A stretch of DNA of 64,000 nt, from NCBI GenBank assembly GCA_044376115.1, contig JBILLK010000001.1, positions 224,001-288,000 on the forward strand. The letters run 5' to 3'. Every line of letters begins with the position of its first letter. Positions within the stretch are counted from its first letter, which is position 1. A program made the position numbers and the translations under genes. Shown here piece after piece: positions 38,035 through 47,528 of the stretch. The DNA is from Polyangiaceae bacterium. Lineage in GTDB: Bacteria > Myxococcota_A > Polyangia > Polyangiales > Polyangiaceae. The notes below the pieces were generated by a model. The model saw only the letters and a program-made list of their open reading frames with translations, did no database searches and was not told the origin of the DNA.

Positions 38035-40596
38035 TCACTTCGCAGCCGGCATCGTGTAGCTCGACTCCGCGGCAGCCTCGATCTCGGCGCGCTCGAACAA
38101 GAGCTTTTTATAGGTACCGTCGAGCCAACCCGGTAGTTCATCCTCAAAGTGTTTCCCGTCGGGGTCGGCCACGTTGCCCATCGGGAAGTTGGCGTAGGAC
38201 TCGGGGACGCCGGCGTCATTGAAGTGCATGACTTGGCGTTCAATCGGTCCCCAATGCGAGACCCATTGTTCTGCCGTCTCCCCGGCGGCGTTGCGGAACT
38301 CGCTCTGTGCGACGTTCACGGTGTCTTCGCCGCCATCGGTCGGCACCTCAGCGAGATCGAAGTCGCGACCAAACGCATGGTCCATGCTCGATACACGCAT
38401 ATCAGCGAAGGTGTAATTGGCCGGATCGACCCCGCCAAAGCGTTCGCTCAAGAACGCAGCCGTGTCCGAGAGGGACTTCAATACCAAGCGATTGCGCCCT
38501 TCGAGCATGACCTGGTCCCCGTTGGGGTAGACCCCATTGAGCGCCAACGCAGCGACCTTCAACATGTACATGGGTGCCGCCTCCAAAACCTGATTGAAGA
38601 TGATCGTGTTGAGATCGTCTTCAATGATGTTGGACGTAACGAAGTGAGCGAAGGCGTGAAAGGCCAGGGCTCCGCTCGAGCTACGCGCCATTCGGCGATC
38701 CCAATCAACGGCTAGGAGCTGCACCAACTGCGCGAGCTCCGGACGATTGTTGAACTCGGCCAGGTCAGGGTCGGTTTGGACCGCGGCAAAGGCTTCCGAA
38801 ACGACTGGGAGGATGTCGTCGGCGAGGCCCGAATGAACGTCCATCTGCAGGGCCTGCATCTCCTCGGGCGTGATGCTGCCGCGTTCGGCGAGGCGCGTGA
38901 GCTCCGACTCGATGCGAGCCGCACGCCAGCCCGGCGGGAAGACGGCACCGTAATACCAAGGGTCATTGTCGACTCGACCATCACCGGTGAATCCGAACGG
39001 GTCGTTGTTGGCGGTCGCAATCCAGCCCCGTTCGAGCGCCCGGCTATGCGGCTTTTGTTCGGGCGTCAGGAACTTCCCGGCCGGCCAAATCGATTGTGGG
39101 TCGCTGGCGTCCATCACCTTCCACGGCTCTCGACCAGGCGCAGGTTGATTGCGCGCTGGAACCTCGACGCCGACGCGGTAGCTGATACCGGTCTTGTCGG
39201 CGCCTACGAAGTTGTAAGACATCTCCGGCATTTGATCGACGGCGCTCTCGAACTCGTCGAGCGTCTTGGCCTTCATCAGCGGTCGGAAGTAGCGCGCAGG
39301 ACGCTGCTTGTAGCCCGTCCAACCGACCATTGCATACTTGCCTCCATCCACGAACGGCACCGGCGAGCCAATCAGCTTATGGTCGAGAATAACGCCATAT
39401 CCCGGTACATCGATCACATTGAAGGTTACCGGAGAACCGTCTTTTACTTCGATGGTCTCGCTGCGTTCTTCAACGGCTACGAGCTCATCGCCGACCTTCG
39501 CCATACCGTCTTCGATCTCGACCTCCCACAGGTCCATGACGTCGGAGAAAGCGCTGGTGGGCGTATAGGCGAACTCACGATTATGGCCTGCAAACAGGCC
39601 CGGCACCGCGACGAAGGCGAAGCCGACGTTATCGTAGCTACCGCCTGCATCCATGCTGTTCAGATGCAACGCGTACATCATGCCGCTAAACGCAAAGCCC
39701 AAGTGCGGGTCCCCGGCGACGATGGGCATGCCGTTCTCTGTATGACGACCGTCCACCGCCCAGTTGTTACTGCCCAAGGCCTTTGTGTGATTGAGCCGAC
39801 CCAACGTCGCCAAAGACCCAGGGGCGAACAGCGCCTCCCTGCCACCAAGGTTGGGAGGCCCGACGAACGGAGTATGGAGGTTAGCGGCCATGCTCGTAGT
39901 CGGGCGGTCTTCCTCTGGTAGGGTGAAGACCTGACGCGCTGGTCGGAATAGTTCGATCGCCTTGAGCGCATCCGGATTGAATGCGTCGATGAAGGTGATC
40001 AGCACTTCGTAAAGAATGGTCTGGTCCAAACCGAAGTTGACCATCTTCTGCACGATGTAGACGTCCTCCGGGGTCCACTTGCCGGGCTTGAAATCGAGCT
40101 GGTCGGTCTTGAAACCATACGGAGTCGGGACCTTGCCTTGCTCGATCTCATCGACCCGCTTGTTGATACCCGCCGCCCAGGCACTGGTCAGAGCGTATTG
40201 CTCTGGATCATTTTGTTTCATCCAGTCAGCGTCGACTTTGCCCCAATACCGCCAGTTGAAAACCTTGGCGAAGGTATCGTCGGTGAGGCTGTCTCCGCGC
40301 ACCGTCCCAGGACCGTTCGCGCCCAACACCTCGGACAGCTGGCCGTGGGCGTAGCGGCGAAACATCTCCAGCTGGAGCATGCGATCGCTGGCCAGTTGGT
40401 AGCCGTAGACGAAGAACAAATCCTCGTCGTTTTGCGCATAAATATGCGGAACACCGCGACCATCGATCAGCACCTCGACCTCGGCTGAGGGCAGCTGCTT
40501 CTCGGTCGGAGGCGGGTTCACAGGCTCGTCCTCACAGGCCGTGAGCAACAGAGCGGGCAAGAGCCAGAGCGAGCGAGCGGGGCGGTTTCGTTTCAT
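38035..40596 (-). CDS. Penicillin acylase family (Ntn hydrolase, S45) lipoprotein
   Basis: GVPHIYA, DRMLQLE, G-SNNWAV beta-chain start, GDPHL and TANN motifs; lipobox LTA-C; GGAGG RBS before ATG 40596. Confidence 0.93.
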   Translation of the reverse strand: MKRNRPARSLWLLPALLLTACEDEPVNPPPTEKQLPSAEVEVLIDGRGVPHIYAQNDEDLFFVYGYQLASDRMLQLEMFRRYAHGQLSEVLGANGPGTVRGDSLTDDTFAKVFNWRYWGKVDADWMKQNDPEQYALTSAWAAGINKRVDEIEQGKVPTPYGFKTDQLDFKPGKWTPEDVYIVQKMVNFGLDQTILYEVLITFIDAFNPDALKAIELFRPARQVFTLPEEDRPTTSMAANLHTPFVGPPNLGGREALFAPGSLATLGRLNHTKALGSNNWAVDGRHTENGMPIVAGDPHLGFAFSGMMYALHLNSMDAGGSYDNVGFAFVAVPGLFAGHNREFAYTPTSAFSDVMDLWEVEIEDGMAKVGDELVAVEERSETIEVKDGSPVTFNVIDVPGYGVILDHKLIGSPVPFVDGGKYAMVGWTGYKQRPARYFRPLMKAKTLDEFESAVDQMPEMSYNFVGADKTGISYRVGVEVPARNQPAPGREPWKVMDASDPQSIWPAGKFLTPEQKPHSRALERGWIATANNDPFGFTGDGRVDNDPWYYGAVFPPGWRAARIESELTRLAERGSITPEEMQALQMDVHSGLADDILPVVSEAFAAVQTDPDLAEFNNRPELAQLVQLLAVDWDRRMARSSSGALAFHAFAHFVTSNIIEDDLNTIIFNQVLEAAPMYMLKVAALALNGVYPNGDQVMLEGRNRLVLKSLSDTAAFLSERFGGVDPANYTFADMRVSSMDHAFGRDFDLAEVPTDGGEDTVNVAQSEFRNAAGETAEQWVSHWGPIERQVMHFNDAGVPESYANFPMGNVADPDGKHFEDELPGWLDGTYKKLLFERAEIEAAAESSYTMPAAK

Positions 40597-40657
40597 GGTT
40601 CCTCCAGACACAAGCGAGTCCCAACAGAACTTTCTGCGACTATTGAACTTCGGTCAA

Positions 40658-40673
40658 TGCACTGGGCGTGCCA
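40658..40673 (-). promoter_or_regulatory. Putative sigma54 (-24/-12) promoter of the acylase gene
   Basis: The minus strand reads TGGCACG-CCCA-GTGCA against consensus TGGCACG-N4-TTGCW, with correct GG-N10-GC spacing, about 60 nt upstream of the ATG. Confidence 0.6.
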
Positions 40674-40748
40674 GCGATTGCACGGTTGCGACCTCGACTC
40701 GCAGCGATGCGAGACCCAGCCCCACCAATTCCCGCGTAGTGAGGCTCC

Positions 40749-41864
40749 ATGGCAAAGCTCTCCTTCGTGGTTCCGCTTTTGACGCTTGGGTTCCAGCTGT
40801 CGGCGTGCGGTGATTCGGCTGCGGAGGGGGGTGCAGGCGGTGAGGCCGGCGCAGCGACAGGCGGGTCAACCTCCGACGGAGGGTCCAATGCGAGCGGTGG
40901 AGCCAACGCGATGGGCGGGGCCAACGCTGGTGGAGCGCCGAATGGCGGCAGCGACGTTGGGGGTGCAGGCGGTGAGGGCGGTGCGGCTCCGCTTGCATTC
41001 CTCGACGCATATCCATTGCAAAGCACCTATCCCGAGGGTGCGGCTTTCGACCTTGCGAGTCACTCCTTTTATGTCGGCAGTCTCGAGAGCGGCTCGGTGT
41101 ACGCCATCGACGTCGAGACCGGCGTCGAGACCGAGGTGTTCACCGAGACAGCGGCCGGCACCTGGTTCACGCTCGGGATGGCCGTCGACGCGGCTGGGCG
41201 CAAGCTTTGGGTATGTGCGGCCGATCAAGACAGCGACCCGTATTACGGCGAACTGTGGACCTTCGATCTCGACACGGGCGAACGGACCAAGATCGTTCCG
41301 CTAACCAACTCGGGCGAGAACGCCTGGTGTGAGGACGTCGCGGTGGATTCGGCGGGCAACGCCTTCGCGACAGACCGTGAGAACCCGAACATCTACCGCG
41401 TTGGAGCGAACGATACGGTGCCCTCTTTGTTCGCCACCGACCCCGAGCTCGGTTCGAGCTTCATTGGCCAGAACGGCATCGTGGTTCTACCGGGCGATGA
41501 AGCGCTGATCGCCGCGGTTCACTTCCCGGCCAGGCTGAACCGGATCGAGATCCCGAGTGGTGTGGTGACGCCCATTTCGATCTCGGGCGACTTCGCCGAC
41601 GCCACGATTGGCAGTGGCGCCGATGGCATCGTGCTCGTCGAAGGCATCCTCTACGTCGTGTTCGATGGCGAGCTGGTCAAGGTCGAACCCACACTGGCCG
41701 ACTGGACAGCGGTAACCGCGACCGAAGCCGAGCTCACGGGCGGCCTCACCGATGTCGTATCGACCCCCAATGGCCTATACCTGGCGAACGGGCAGGCGAT
41801 TGGCTACGTCTTCGGTCAGGAGCCAGCGCCCTTCTCCTTGGTGCGCTTTACCGGGAGTTTCTAG
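40749..41864 (+). CDS. SMP-30/gluconolactonase-like beta-propeller lipoprotein
   Basis: Lipobox LSA-C; Gly-rich tether; YPEG, GMAVD, DVAVDSAGNAFATD, NGIV and ADGI propeller blades. Confidence 0.85.
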   Translation: MAKLSFVVPLLTLGFQLSACGDSAAEGGAGGEAGAATGGSTSDGGSNASGGANAMGGANAGGAPNGGSDVGGAGGEGGAAPLAFLDAYPLQSTYPEGAAFDLASHSFYVGSLESGSVYAIDVETGVETEVFTETAAGTWFTLGMAVDAAGRKLWVCAADQDSDPYYGELWTFDLDTGERTKIVPLTNSGENAWCEDVAVDSAGNAFATDRENPNIYRVGANDTVPSLFATDPELGSSFIGQNGIVVLPGDEALIAAVHFPARLNRIEIPSGVVTPISISGDFADATIGSGADGIVLVEGILYVVFDGELVKVEPTLADWTAVTATEAELTGGLTDVVSTPNGLYLANGQAIGYVFGQEPAPFSLVRFTGSF

Positions 41865-41913
41865 GCGGAGAGACTTTGTCACTAAGGAATCGTTCATCCG
41901 CACGTGGTTCAGG

Positions 41914-41939
41914 GGAACGGATCGATTGCTTGAGTCGTC
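41914..41939 (+). promoter_or_regulatory. Putative ECF sigma promoter
   Basis: GGAAC-N17-CGTC about 30 nt upstream of the vWA gene. Confidence 0.35.
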
Positions 41940-41969
41940 CGTCCAAGTGCCTTCACCATGCGAGGAACG

Positions 41970-43961
41970 ATGCGAACCCAAGGCTTGCCTGTTGTCGGAA
42001 TGATTGCTCTGTCGCTGGCTGCCCCACTTGGATGCACGAATCCAAGCAAGAGTGAGGAAGGCGAGAACATCACGAATGTTCGGATTGCAGCCTCTGGCGC
42101 AGCCCGGAACGACGTCGGAGAGAAGGAAGAGCTGCTGAGGGAGGGAGCGCTTTATGCCGAGGGCAAAGGCATGGCGCCCGCTCCGGCGGCAACCGCCGAC
42201 TACGGCAGCCTCGGCGGCAAAGCTGGGCGCGGCTCGGTACCGGGCTACGGGAATGGCGCGTCCGGACTCGGCCAGGACTCGAACAAAGGCCGACCGCAGC
42301 GAGAGGCCGCCCCTCAGCAAAAGCCGCAGAGCGCCGAGTCGCCCACCGTCGCCAAACAGGAGCTGAAGACAAAATCTTTTGCTCCACCTTCCACGGTGCC
42401 CGTTGCGCCACCGCCCCCAACCCCCGTTGCACCAACACCGCCCCCCGCCGCCGAAGACGCGCCGATCGACCCGAACGGTCGCTTCGCCACCACCTACAGG
42501 CCGGGCGGTGGGCATCTCGCAGCCTTCGAATCGGCGATGACCGCTGGGCTGATTCCGCAAACGGAACAGGAGCTGGTGAGCGACATTGGCTCGCGCTACT
42601 TGCCCGACATCCCGCTGCCCACGAAGGGCGCGCTCTCCTTCCAAGCCGACTTCGAGCGGACGAAGCTGGCCCCCACTGGCGGGCCGGTTCACTTGCGATT
42701 CTCGATTCGCTCGAGTGAGGTGGCAGCCAAGGAGCGGCCTCCGCTATCGGTGGTGGTCGTGCTCGACGTGAGCGGCTCGATGCGCGGCGAGCTGATCTCC
42801 AGCGCCCGCAAGGCCGCCAGCCAGTTGCTCGGCCGGCTCGAAGACAGCGACGAGTTTGGCTTGGTCACCTTCAGCACCGACGCCAATACCTTGGTGCCGC
42901 TCGGGAGAATCGGCTCGGGACGCGAGAAGATCCAACAGACGATCAGCCAGATCGTCGAAGGCGGTGGCACCAACATCAGCGGCGGTCTTAGCGCGGGCTA
43001 TTCAGAGCTCGCCAAAACGCGGACCGCCGACGCCGTTCGCGTTGCGATGCTGCTCTCCGACGGGCGCGCCAACAACGGCATCACCGCCCGCTCCAAGCTC
43101 TCGCAGCTCGCCCTCAACGCCTTCCAGGAAGGCATCCAAACCAGCGCCTTTGGTCTCGGCACCGACTACGACGGGCCGCTCATGAGCCAACTCGCCGGTG
43201 ACGGCGCGGGCGGCTACTACTTCCTCAAGGACGGAAGCCAGATCGAATCGGCGTTGGCCACCGAGCTGAGCAAACGCTTGGATCCCGTCGCGACGGCACT
43301 CGAGGTGCGCGTTCGCCTCAAGCCCGAGGTCGAGGTGCTCAAGGTGTACGGCTCGCGCAAACTCTCCGAACAAGAGACGGCTCGCGTCCGGGCGATCGAG
43401 GTTGCCACCGACCTTCAGGAAGAGAAGCGCACCAAGATCAAAGCCAACCGCCAAGAGGATTTGGAGGGCGGGATGCGCTTCTTCATTCCGGCGTTCGCGC
43501 GGGCCGACGCTCACTCGATGCTGCTCAAGCTGCGCCTTCCCGAGGGCATCAAGTCGCGGGACATCGCGACGATCGAGGTCAAGTACAAGGACCGTCTGAC
43601 CAAGAAGAACGTGCTCGAGGAGATCCCGCTCAAGCTCGACTACGCCGACAGCGACCTCGCGAGCGCCAAGTCGATTGACCCTGCGGTCGTGCGCTCGGTG
43701 CAAGGCTTCCTAGCCGGTGAAACGCTGATGCAGGCCGCCCAACTGATGGCCAAGAACGACAAACAGGCCGCCATCGACCTGCTCGGTCAACGTGAAGGCT
43801 TGTTGCAACACGCGGCGGTGACGCTTGGTGAGCCGCTGTTCGTGCAGGATTCACGACGGCTCTCGCGTTTACGCGAACACGCCAGCGCCAAATCCTCGCT
43901 CAGTGATCCGCTGGTGCTCGCAATGATGATGGAGACTGCAGGCAGCGTGCATCTACACTGA
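41970..43961 (+). CDS. von Willebrand factor A domain lipoprotein
   Basis: Lipobox PLG-C; MIDAS motif LDVSGSM, GGTNI, LLSDGRAN and FGLGTDYD; GAGG RBS before ATG 41970. Confidence 0.9.
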   Translation: MRTQGLPVVGMIALSLAAPLGCTNPSKSEEGENITNVRIAASGAARNDVGEKEELLREGALYAEGKGMAPAPAATADYGSLGGKAGRGSVPGYGNGASGLGQDSNKGRPQREAAPQQKPQSAESPTVAKQELKTKSFAPPSTVPVAPPPPTPVAPTPPPAAEDAPIDPNGRFATTYRPGGGHLAAFESAMTAGLIPQTEQELVSDIGSRYLPDIPLPTKGALSFQADFERTKLAPTGGPVHLRFSIRSSEVAAKERPPLSVVVVLDVSGSMRGELISSARKAASQLLGRLEDSDEFGLVTFSTDANTLVPLGRIGSGREKIQQTISQIVEGGGTNISGGLSAGYSELAKTRTADAVRVAMLLSDGRANNGITARSKLSQLALNAFQEGIQTSAFGLGTDYDGPLMSQLAGDGAGGYYFLKDGSQIESALATELSKRLDPVATALEVRVRLKPEVEVLKVYGSRKLSEQETARVRAIEVATDLQEEKRTKIKANRQEDLEGGMRFFIPAFARADAHSMLLKLRLPEGIKSRDIATIEVKYKDRLTKKNVLEEIPLKLDYADSDLASAKSIDPAVVRSVQGFLAGETLMQAAQLMAKNDKQAAIDLLGQREGLLQHAAVTLGEPLFVQDSRRLSRLREHASAKSSLSDPLVLAMMMETAGSVHLH

Positions 43962-43967
43962 CGCCCC

Positions 43968-44825
43968 ATGGGTGAGTTCAAGCTCCCGATCGACAAGCTG
44001 GTTCACCCGCTCGAGGTGCCGCCCGGCACAGAGCTGACGTTCTCAGGAAGCTATCGTACGCAAGATGGGGCGACGCTCGACGCTGCCACGACCACCTGGC
44101 CCGCTGGCGAATCCGGACCGGCGGGCGTCGATGCGGGCGGCATCATCGATTTTGCGGCGGGCGGCTTACGCATGGTCTCGCGAGATCCGACGACGCATGA
44201 GGTGGTCGCGATCGCCACCGGCGATGAAGGCCCTGTTTGCAAAGCCCTCGGAACGAAGTCGCCTTGCCTCGTGCTGCGCACGGTACCGCTGTCGCGCACT
44301 CGCTTGGTGACCGTCACCGAGCTGACCAAATCGATGATGGGCGGCATCACGGTAAAACATGTGACGCCGCCTCCTCCTCCGCCGCCTTCTGCGCTCGCGC
44401 CCGCCGCAGATCTGCTCAAGCATCCTGCGACCATTACGGTCCTCGCGGCCTCGGCGCTCGCTGGCGTCGGGGCGCTCGCGTGGGTGATTCGTCGCAGACA
44501 GCAGCTCTCCGCAGAGGGGCAACTGCGAGCTCTGACCAAACGCGTGCAAGCAAAGTTGCAGGTCGCAGACGCGGCGCTCGTGGCCACGTTGACGCCGGCG
44601 CTCAAGCGCGTCGTCAGCTCCGTCTCGAACAAGAAGCTCGACGCCAAGAGCCCCGAGGCCGAGCGCGTCAAAGCGTTGCTGCTCCGTATTGAGTCTTCGA
44701 TCGAGACGAGTCAGCGGGCCAAAGAGAACGCCAAACAGCAAGCTGCTGCCGATGAGCTCGTGACCGAAATGGAAGCGGCGATGGAAGCCGCCGAAGAGAC
44801 GATCAGCGCGGCGCGGCATCACTGA
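43968..44825 (+). CDS. Hypothetical membrane protein
   Basis: Beta-rich N-terminal domain, poly-Pro linker, TM helix, coiled-coil-like C-terminus; starts 6 nt after the vWA gene. Confidence 0.75.
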   Translation: MGEFKLPIDKLVHPLEVPPGTELTFSGSYRTQDGATLDAATTTWPAGESGPAGVDAGGIIDFAAGGLRMVSRDPTTHEVVAIATGDEGPVCKALGTKSPCLVLRTVPLSRTRLVTVTELTKSMMGGITVKHVTPPPPPPPSALAPAADLLKHPATITVLAASALAGVGALAWVIRRRQQLSAEGQLRALTKRVQAKLQVADAALVATLTPALKRVVSSVSNKKLDAKSPEAERVKALLLRIESSIETSQRAKENAKQQAAADELVTEMEAAMEAAEETISAARHH

Positions 44826-44905
44826 GCTGGCCGTCTCAAGAAAGCGGAAAGCTTTTGGCGATGCCGCACGTCTAGCATCCACCCACCTCAACCAAGCGAG
44901 TGTTC

Positions 44906-46258
44906 ATGCGTTTCTCACGGTTCTTGTTGCCTGCGATTTTTTGTTTGGGCTGTGATCCCCAAGCCGCTCCACAAACCGGAAGGGACGCCTCGTCGTCGAC
45001 CGGTGCATCGGCTTCGCCGACCTCGTCATCCAAGCCGCAGCCAACGTCGAGCACCTCGAGCACCACGCCTTCCGCTACGGCGACGACGCCGGAGGTCCCC
45101 GCTCCGCCTAAAGACGCCGTCGCCAAGCTCGCGGCGAGCAGCAACCAGTTCGGCTTCGACCTCTACAAGAAGCTCGGCGAGAAGAACAAAGGCAACCTAG
45201 TGATCTCGCCCGCCAGCCTGACCACGGCCTTGGCCATGACGTGGGGCGGCGCCAAAGGCGAGACAGAAAAGCAGATGCGGAAGGCGCTGCATTTATCGGG
45301 AACCACCGATGAGGTGATGGACACCTCCGGCAAGCTTGCTCAGAGCTTGACTAATCCTTCACGCTCGGTCGTGTTCCGCATTGCCAACCGCCTATTCGGC
45401 GAGAAGACCTACGGCTTCGAGAAGGATTACCTCGACCGAACCAAGAAAGCGTACGGCGCGCCGCTCGAGCAAGTGGACTTCGTCAAGGCGGCCGAACCAG
45501 CGCGCACGTTGATCAATGGCTGGGTGGAGGAGAAGACCGAGAAACGCATCAAGGACCTGATTCCACCCAAGGCGATCGACACAGAGACGCGGTTGGTCTT
45601 GGTCAACGCCATCTACTTCCTCGGGGACTGGGACGAGCCCTTCGAGAAACAGCGCACCCAGCCCGGGCCGTTTCAGCTCGGCGGCGGCAAGACGAAGGAG
45701 GTGCCGATGATGAACCGCACCGACGGCCTCAAGATCGGTCAACTTGGTGGCGCCACCGCGCTCGAGCTTCCCTACAAGGGCGGGGAGATGTCGATGGTTT
45801 TGGTGGTCCCCGACAAGGTGGACGGCCTTGCCGCACTCGAGAAGTCGCTCGACGATAGCTCGCTCAATGCGCTGCTCGGGTCGATGAAGTCGGAGCGAGT
45901 TTGGGCGAGCATTCCAAAGTTCGAGATCAATCCGAGCGAGTCTTTGGCGCTCAAAGAGCTATTGATCGGGCTGGGCATGACGGAGGCGTTTGATCGTCGT
46001 AAAGCCGACTTCACCGGCATCGCCAATCCATCCAAAGCCGAGGACCGCTTGGTCATCAGCCAGGTGTTTCACAAGGGCTTCATTCGCGTAGACGAGCAGG
46101 GCACGGAAGCCGCCGCGGCCACCGCCGTCGTTCAAGCTCGGGCCGGCGCAGCTCCGATGAAGCCGCGCGAGTTCAAGGCGGATCGGCCGTTCATGTTCTT
46201 CATCCGCGACAACGCCAGCGGACTCACGCTGTTCATGGGTCGTGTGACGGAGCCGTAG
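44906..46258 (+). CDS. Serpin (serine protease inhibitor) lipoprotein
   Basis: NLVISPASL, INGWVEEKT, LVLVNAIYF, VPMM, ELPY, IPKF, VDEQGTEAAAAT hinge and FKADRPFMFFIRD...LFMGRV; lipobox CLG-C. Confidence 0.96.
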   Translation: MRFSRFLLPAIFCLGCDPQAAPQTGRDASSSTGASASPTSSSKPQPTSSTSSTTPSATATTPEVPAPPKDAVAKLAASSNQFGFDLYKKLGEKNKGNLVISPASLTTALAMTWGGAKGETEKQMRKALHLSGTTDEVMDTSGKLAQSLTNPSRSVVFRIANRLFGEKTYGFEKDYLDRTKKAYGAPLEQVDFVKAAEPARTLINGWVEEKTEKRIKDLIPPKAIDTETRLVLVNAIYFLGDWDEPFEKQRTQPGPFQLGGGKTKEVPMMNRTDGLKIGQLGGATALELPYKGGEMSMVLVVPDKVDGLAALEKSLDDSSLNALLGSMKSERVWASIPKFEINPSESLALKELLIGLGMTEAFDRRKADFTGIANPSKAEDRLVISQVFHKGFIRVDEQGTEAAAATAVVQARAGAAPMKPREFKADRPFMFFIRDNASGLTLFMGRVTEP

Positions 46259-46838
46259 GCGGCATGATGATCCCAAGTTCTTCTCGAACCACCTGAGAGA
46301 GGACGTACCGCTCGTTTCGACCTTCGTTGAAACGAGCGGCGGTCGCGTTGAGGAACGGCTGGTCGATCACCTCGTCGGCAGGAATGTCCTCGGTTCGGTG
46401 CTGGAGGAAGTTCTTCATGCAGGTGCGTTCGACGCGTTCTTCGCTCTCGAGCGCTCCGCCTTCGAGCACGCGCAAGCGACGCTTCCCATCGGGAAAAACG
46501 AGCTCGGGAACCACGCGGTAAGGCAGGCCAAAGGCGCGACACACGAGCGGCCTCGCGGGGTAGATCGAACAGCGAGCGTCGTCGTCGAGCAGCACGCAAC
46601 CAACGCCCTCTTCACGCTCGGCGAGCGAGCGTATGCGCTGCTTGTCGGCTTCATTCAGCGTGCGGAGCCACTCGCGAATCACGTCCGCCTCGTACGCCGC
46701 GATGGTCAGCCCACCCACTCGGCCGCAACAATCCCCGCAGCCGGATTGGCACAGGAGCTCTTCGGGGTGGCGCTCGATCGTGCGTCCAAAGGCCTCGTCG
46801 ATTGCGGTCCACACAGCTTGCAGTCGCGGATCAGCCAC
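46233..46838 (-). CDS. YkgJ-family (CxxCxxCC) cysteine-cluster protein
   Basis: CQSGCGDCC...CVLL...CSIYPARPLVCRAFG; likely GTG start 46838; 3' end overlaps the serpin 3' end by 26 nt. Confidence 0.88.
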   Translation of the reverse strand: MADPRLQAVWTAIDEAFGRTIERHPEELLCQSGCGDCCGRVGGLTIAAYEADVIREWLRTLNEADKQRIRSLAEREEGVGCVLLDDDARCSIYPARPLVCRAFGLPYRVVPELVFPDGKRRLRVLEGGALESEERVERTCMKNFLQHRTEDIPADEVIDQPFLNATAARFNEGRNERYVLSQVVREELGIIMPPTAPSHDP

Positions 46839-46881
46839 GGGCCCAGCGTAGCGAAGTTCAACGGGCCTACCAACGCTGGAG

Positions 46882-47436
46882 TCAGGGCAGCTCGCTCTTG
46901 AAGGCGGTCTCGAGGGGCGCAATGTCCACCACGCCAACGAACTTCTGACGGCCAATGAAGATCATCGGCAGGCCGTCTCCACCGCTTTGCTCCCAAGCCT
47001 CGAGATCCTCGGCCAACCGCTGCTTCGGCAGATCGCTGCGCAGGCATTCTTTGAAGCTCTCGATGTTGAGCCCTGCATGTTGGGCCAACGTCAGCACGCC
47101 ATCATCGCCGAGCCGAGCGCCCTCCATCAACGCACGGTGCATCGGCGCGAGCTTGCCTTGCTGCTCAGCACAAATAGCCACTTCGGCCGCTTCACGAGCG
47201 CCGTGGTGCTTCTCGAGTGGGACCTGCCGAATCACCAAATGCACGCGCCCCTCGTACATATCCAAGAGCGGCGCCAGGACGTCGAACATGGTTTGGCAAT
47301 GGGTGCAGCGGTAGTCCACGAACTCGACGATCGTCACCTCGCCCGCGGCTGCCTCGGCAATGTGCGACTCGATCGGGCTCGGTGCCGACGCGCACGCGGC
47401 AGTAAGGCTCAGCATCGCTAGCAAGGTCGTCCGCAT
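46882..47436 (-). CDS. DsbA/DsbG-like thioredoxin-fold lipoprotein
   Basis: TIVEFVDYRCTHC CxxC motif, cis-Pro loop GLP, lipobox TAA-C. Confidence 0.88.
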   Translation of the reverse strand: MRTTLLAMLSLTAACASAPSPIESHIAEAAAGEVTIVEFVDYRCTHCQTMFDVLAPLLDMYEGRVHLVIRQVPLEKHHGAREAAEVAICAEQQGKLAPMHRALMEGARLGDDGVLTLAQHAGLNIESFKECLRSDLPKQRLAEDLEAWEQSGGDGLPMIFIGRQKFVGVVDIAPLETAFKSELP

Positions 47437-47528
47437 ACGCCAGCTTGTCGCATGCGCCACGCTGTGGCTCAAGTCCCGCCGGACTGGAGACTGGCGGTCG
47501 AGCAGCGCGGGTACTATCGTGACCTCCA

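Noticed and set aside
47440..47528. LexA/SOS box upstream of uvrB
   Set aside because: I could not see a convincing match to the Myxococcus-type or E. coli-type box.
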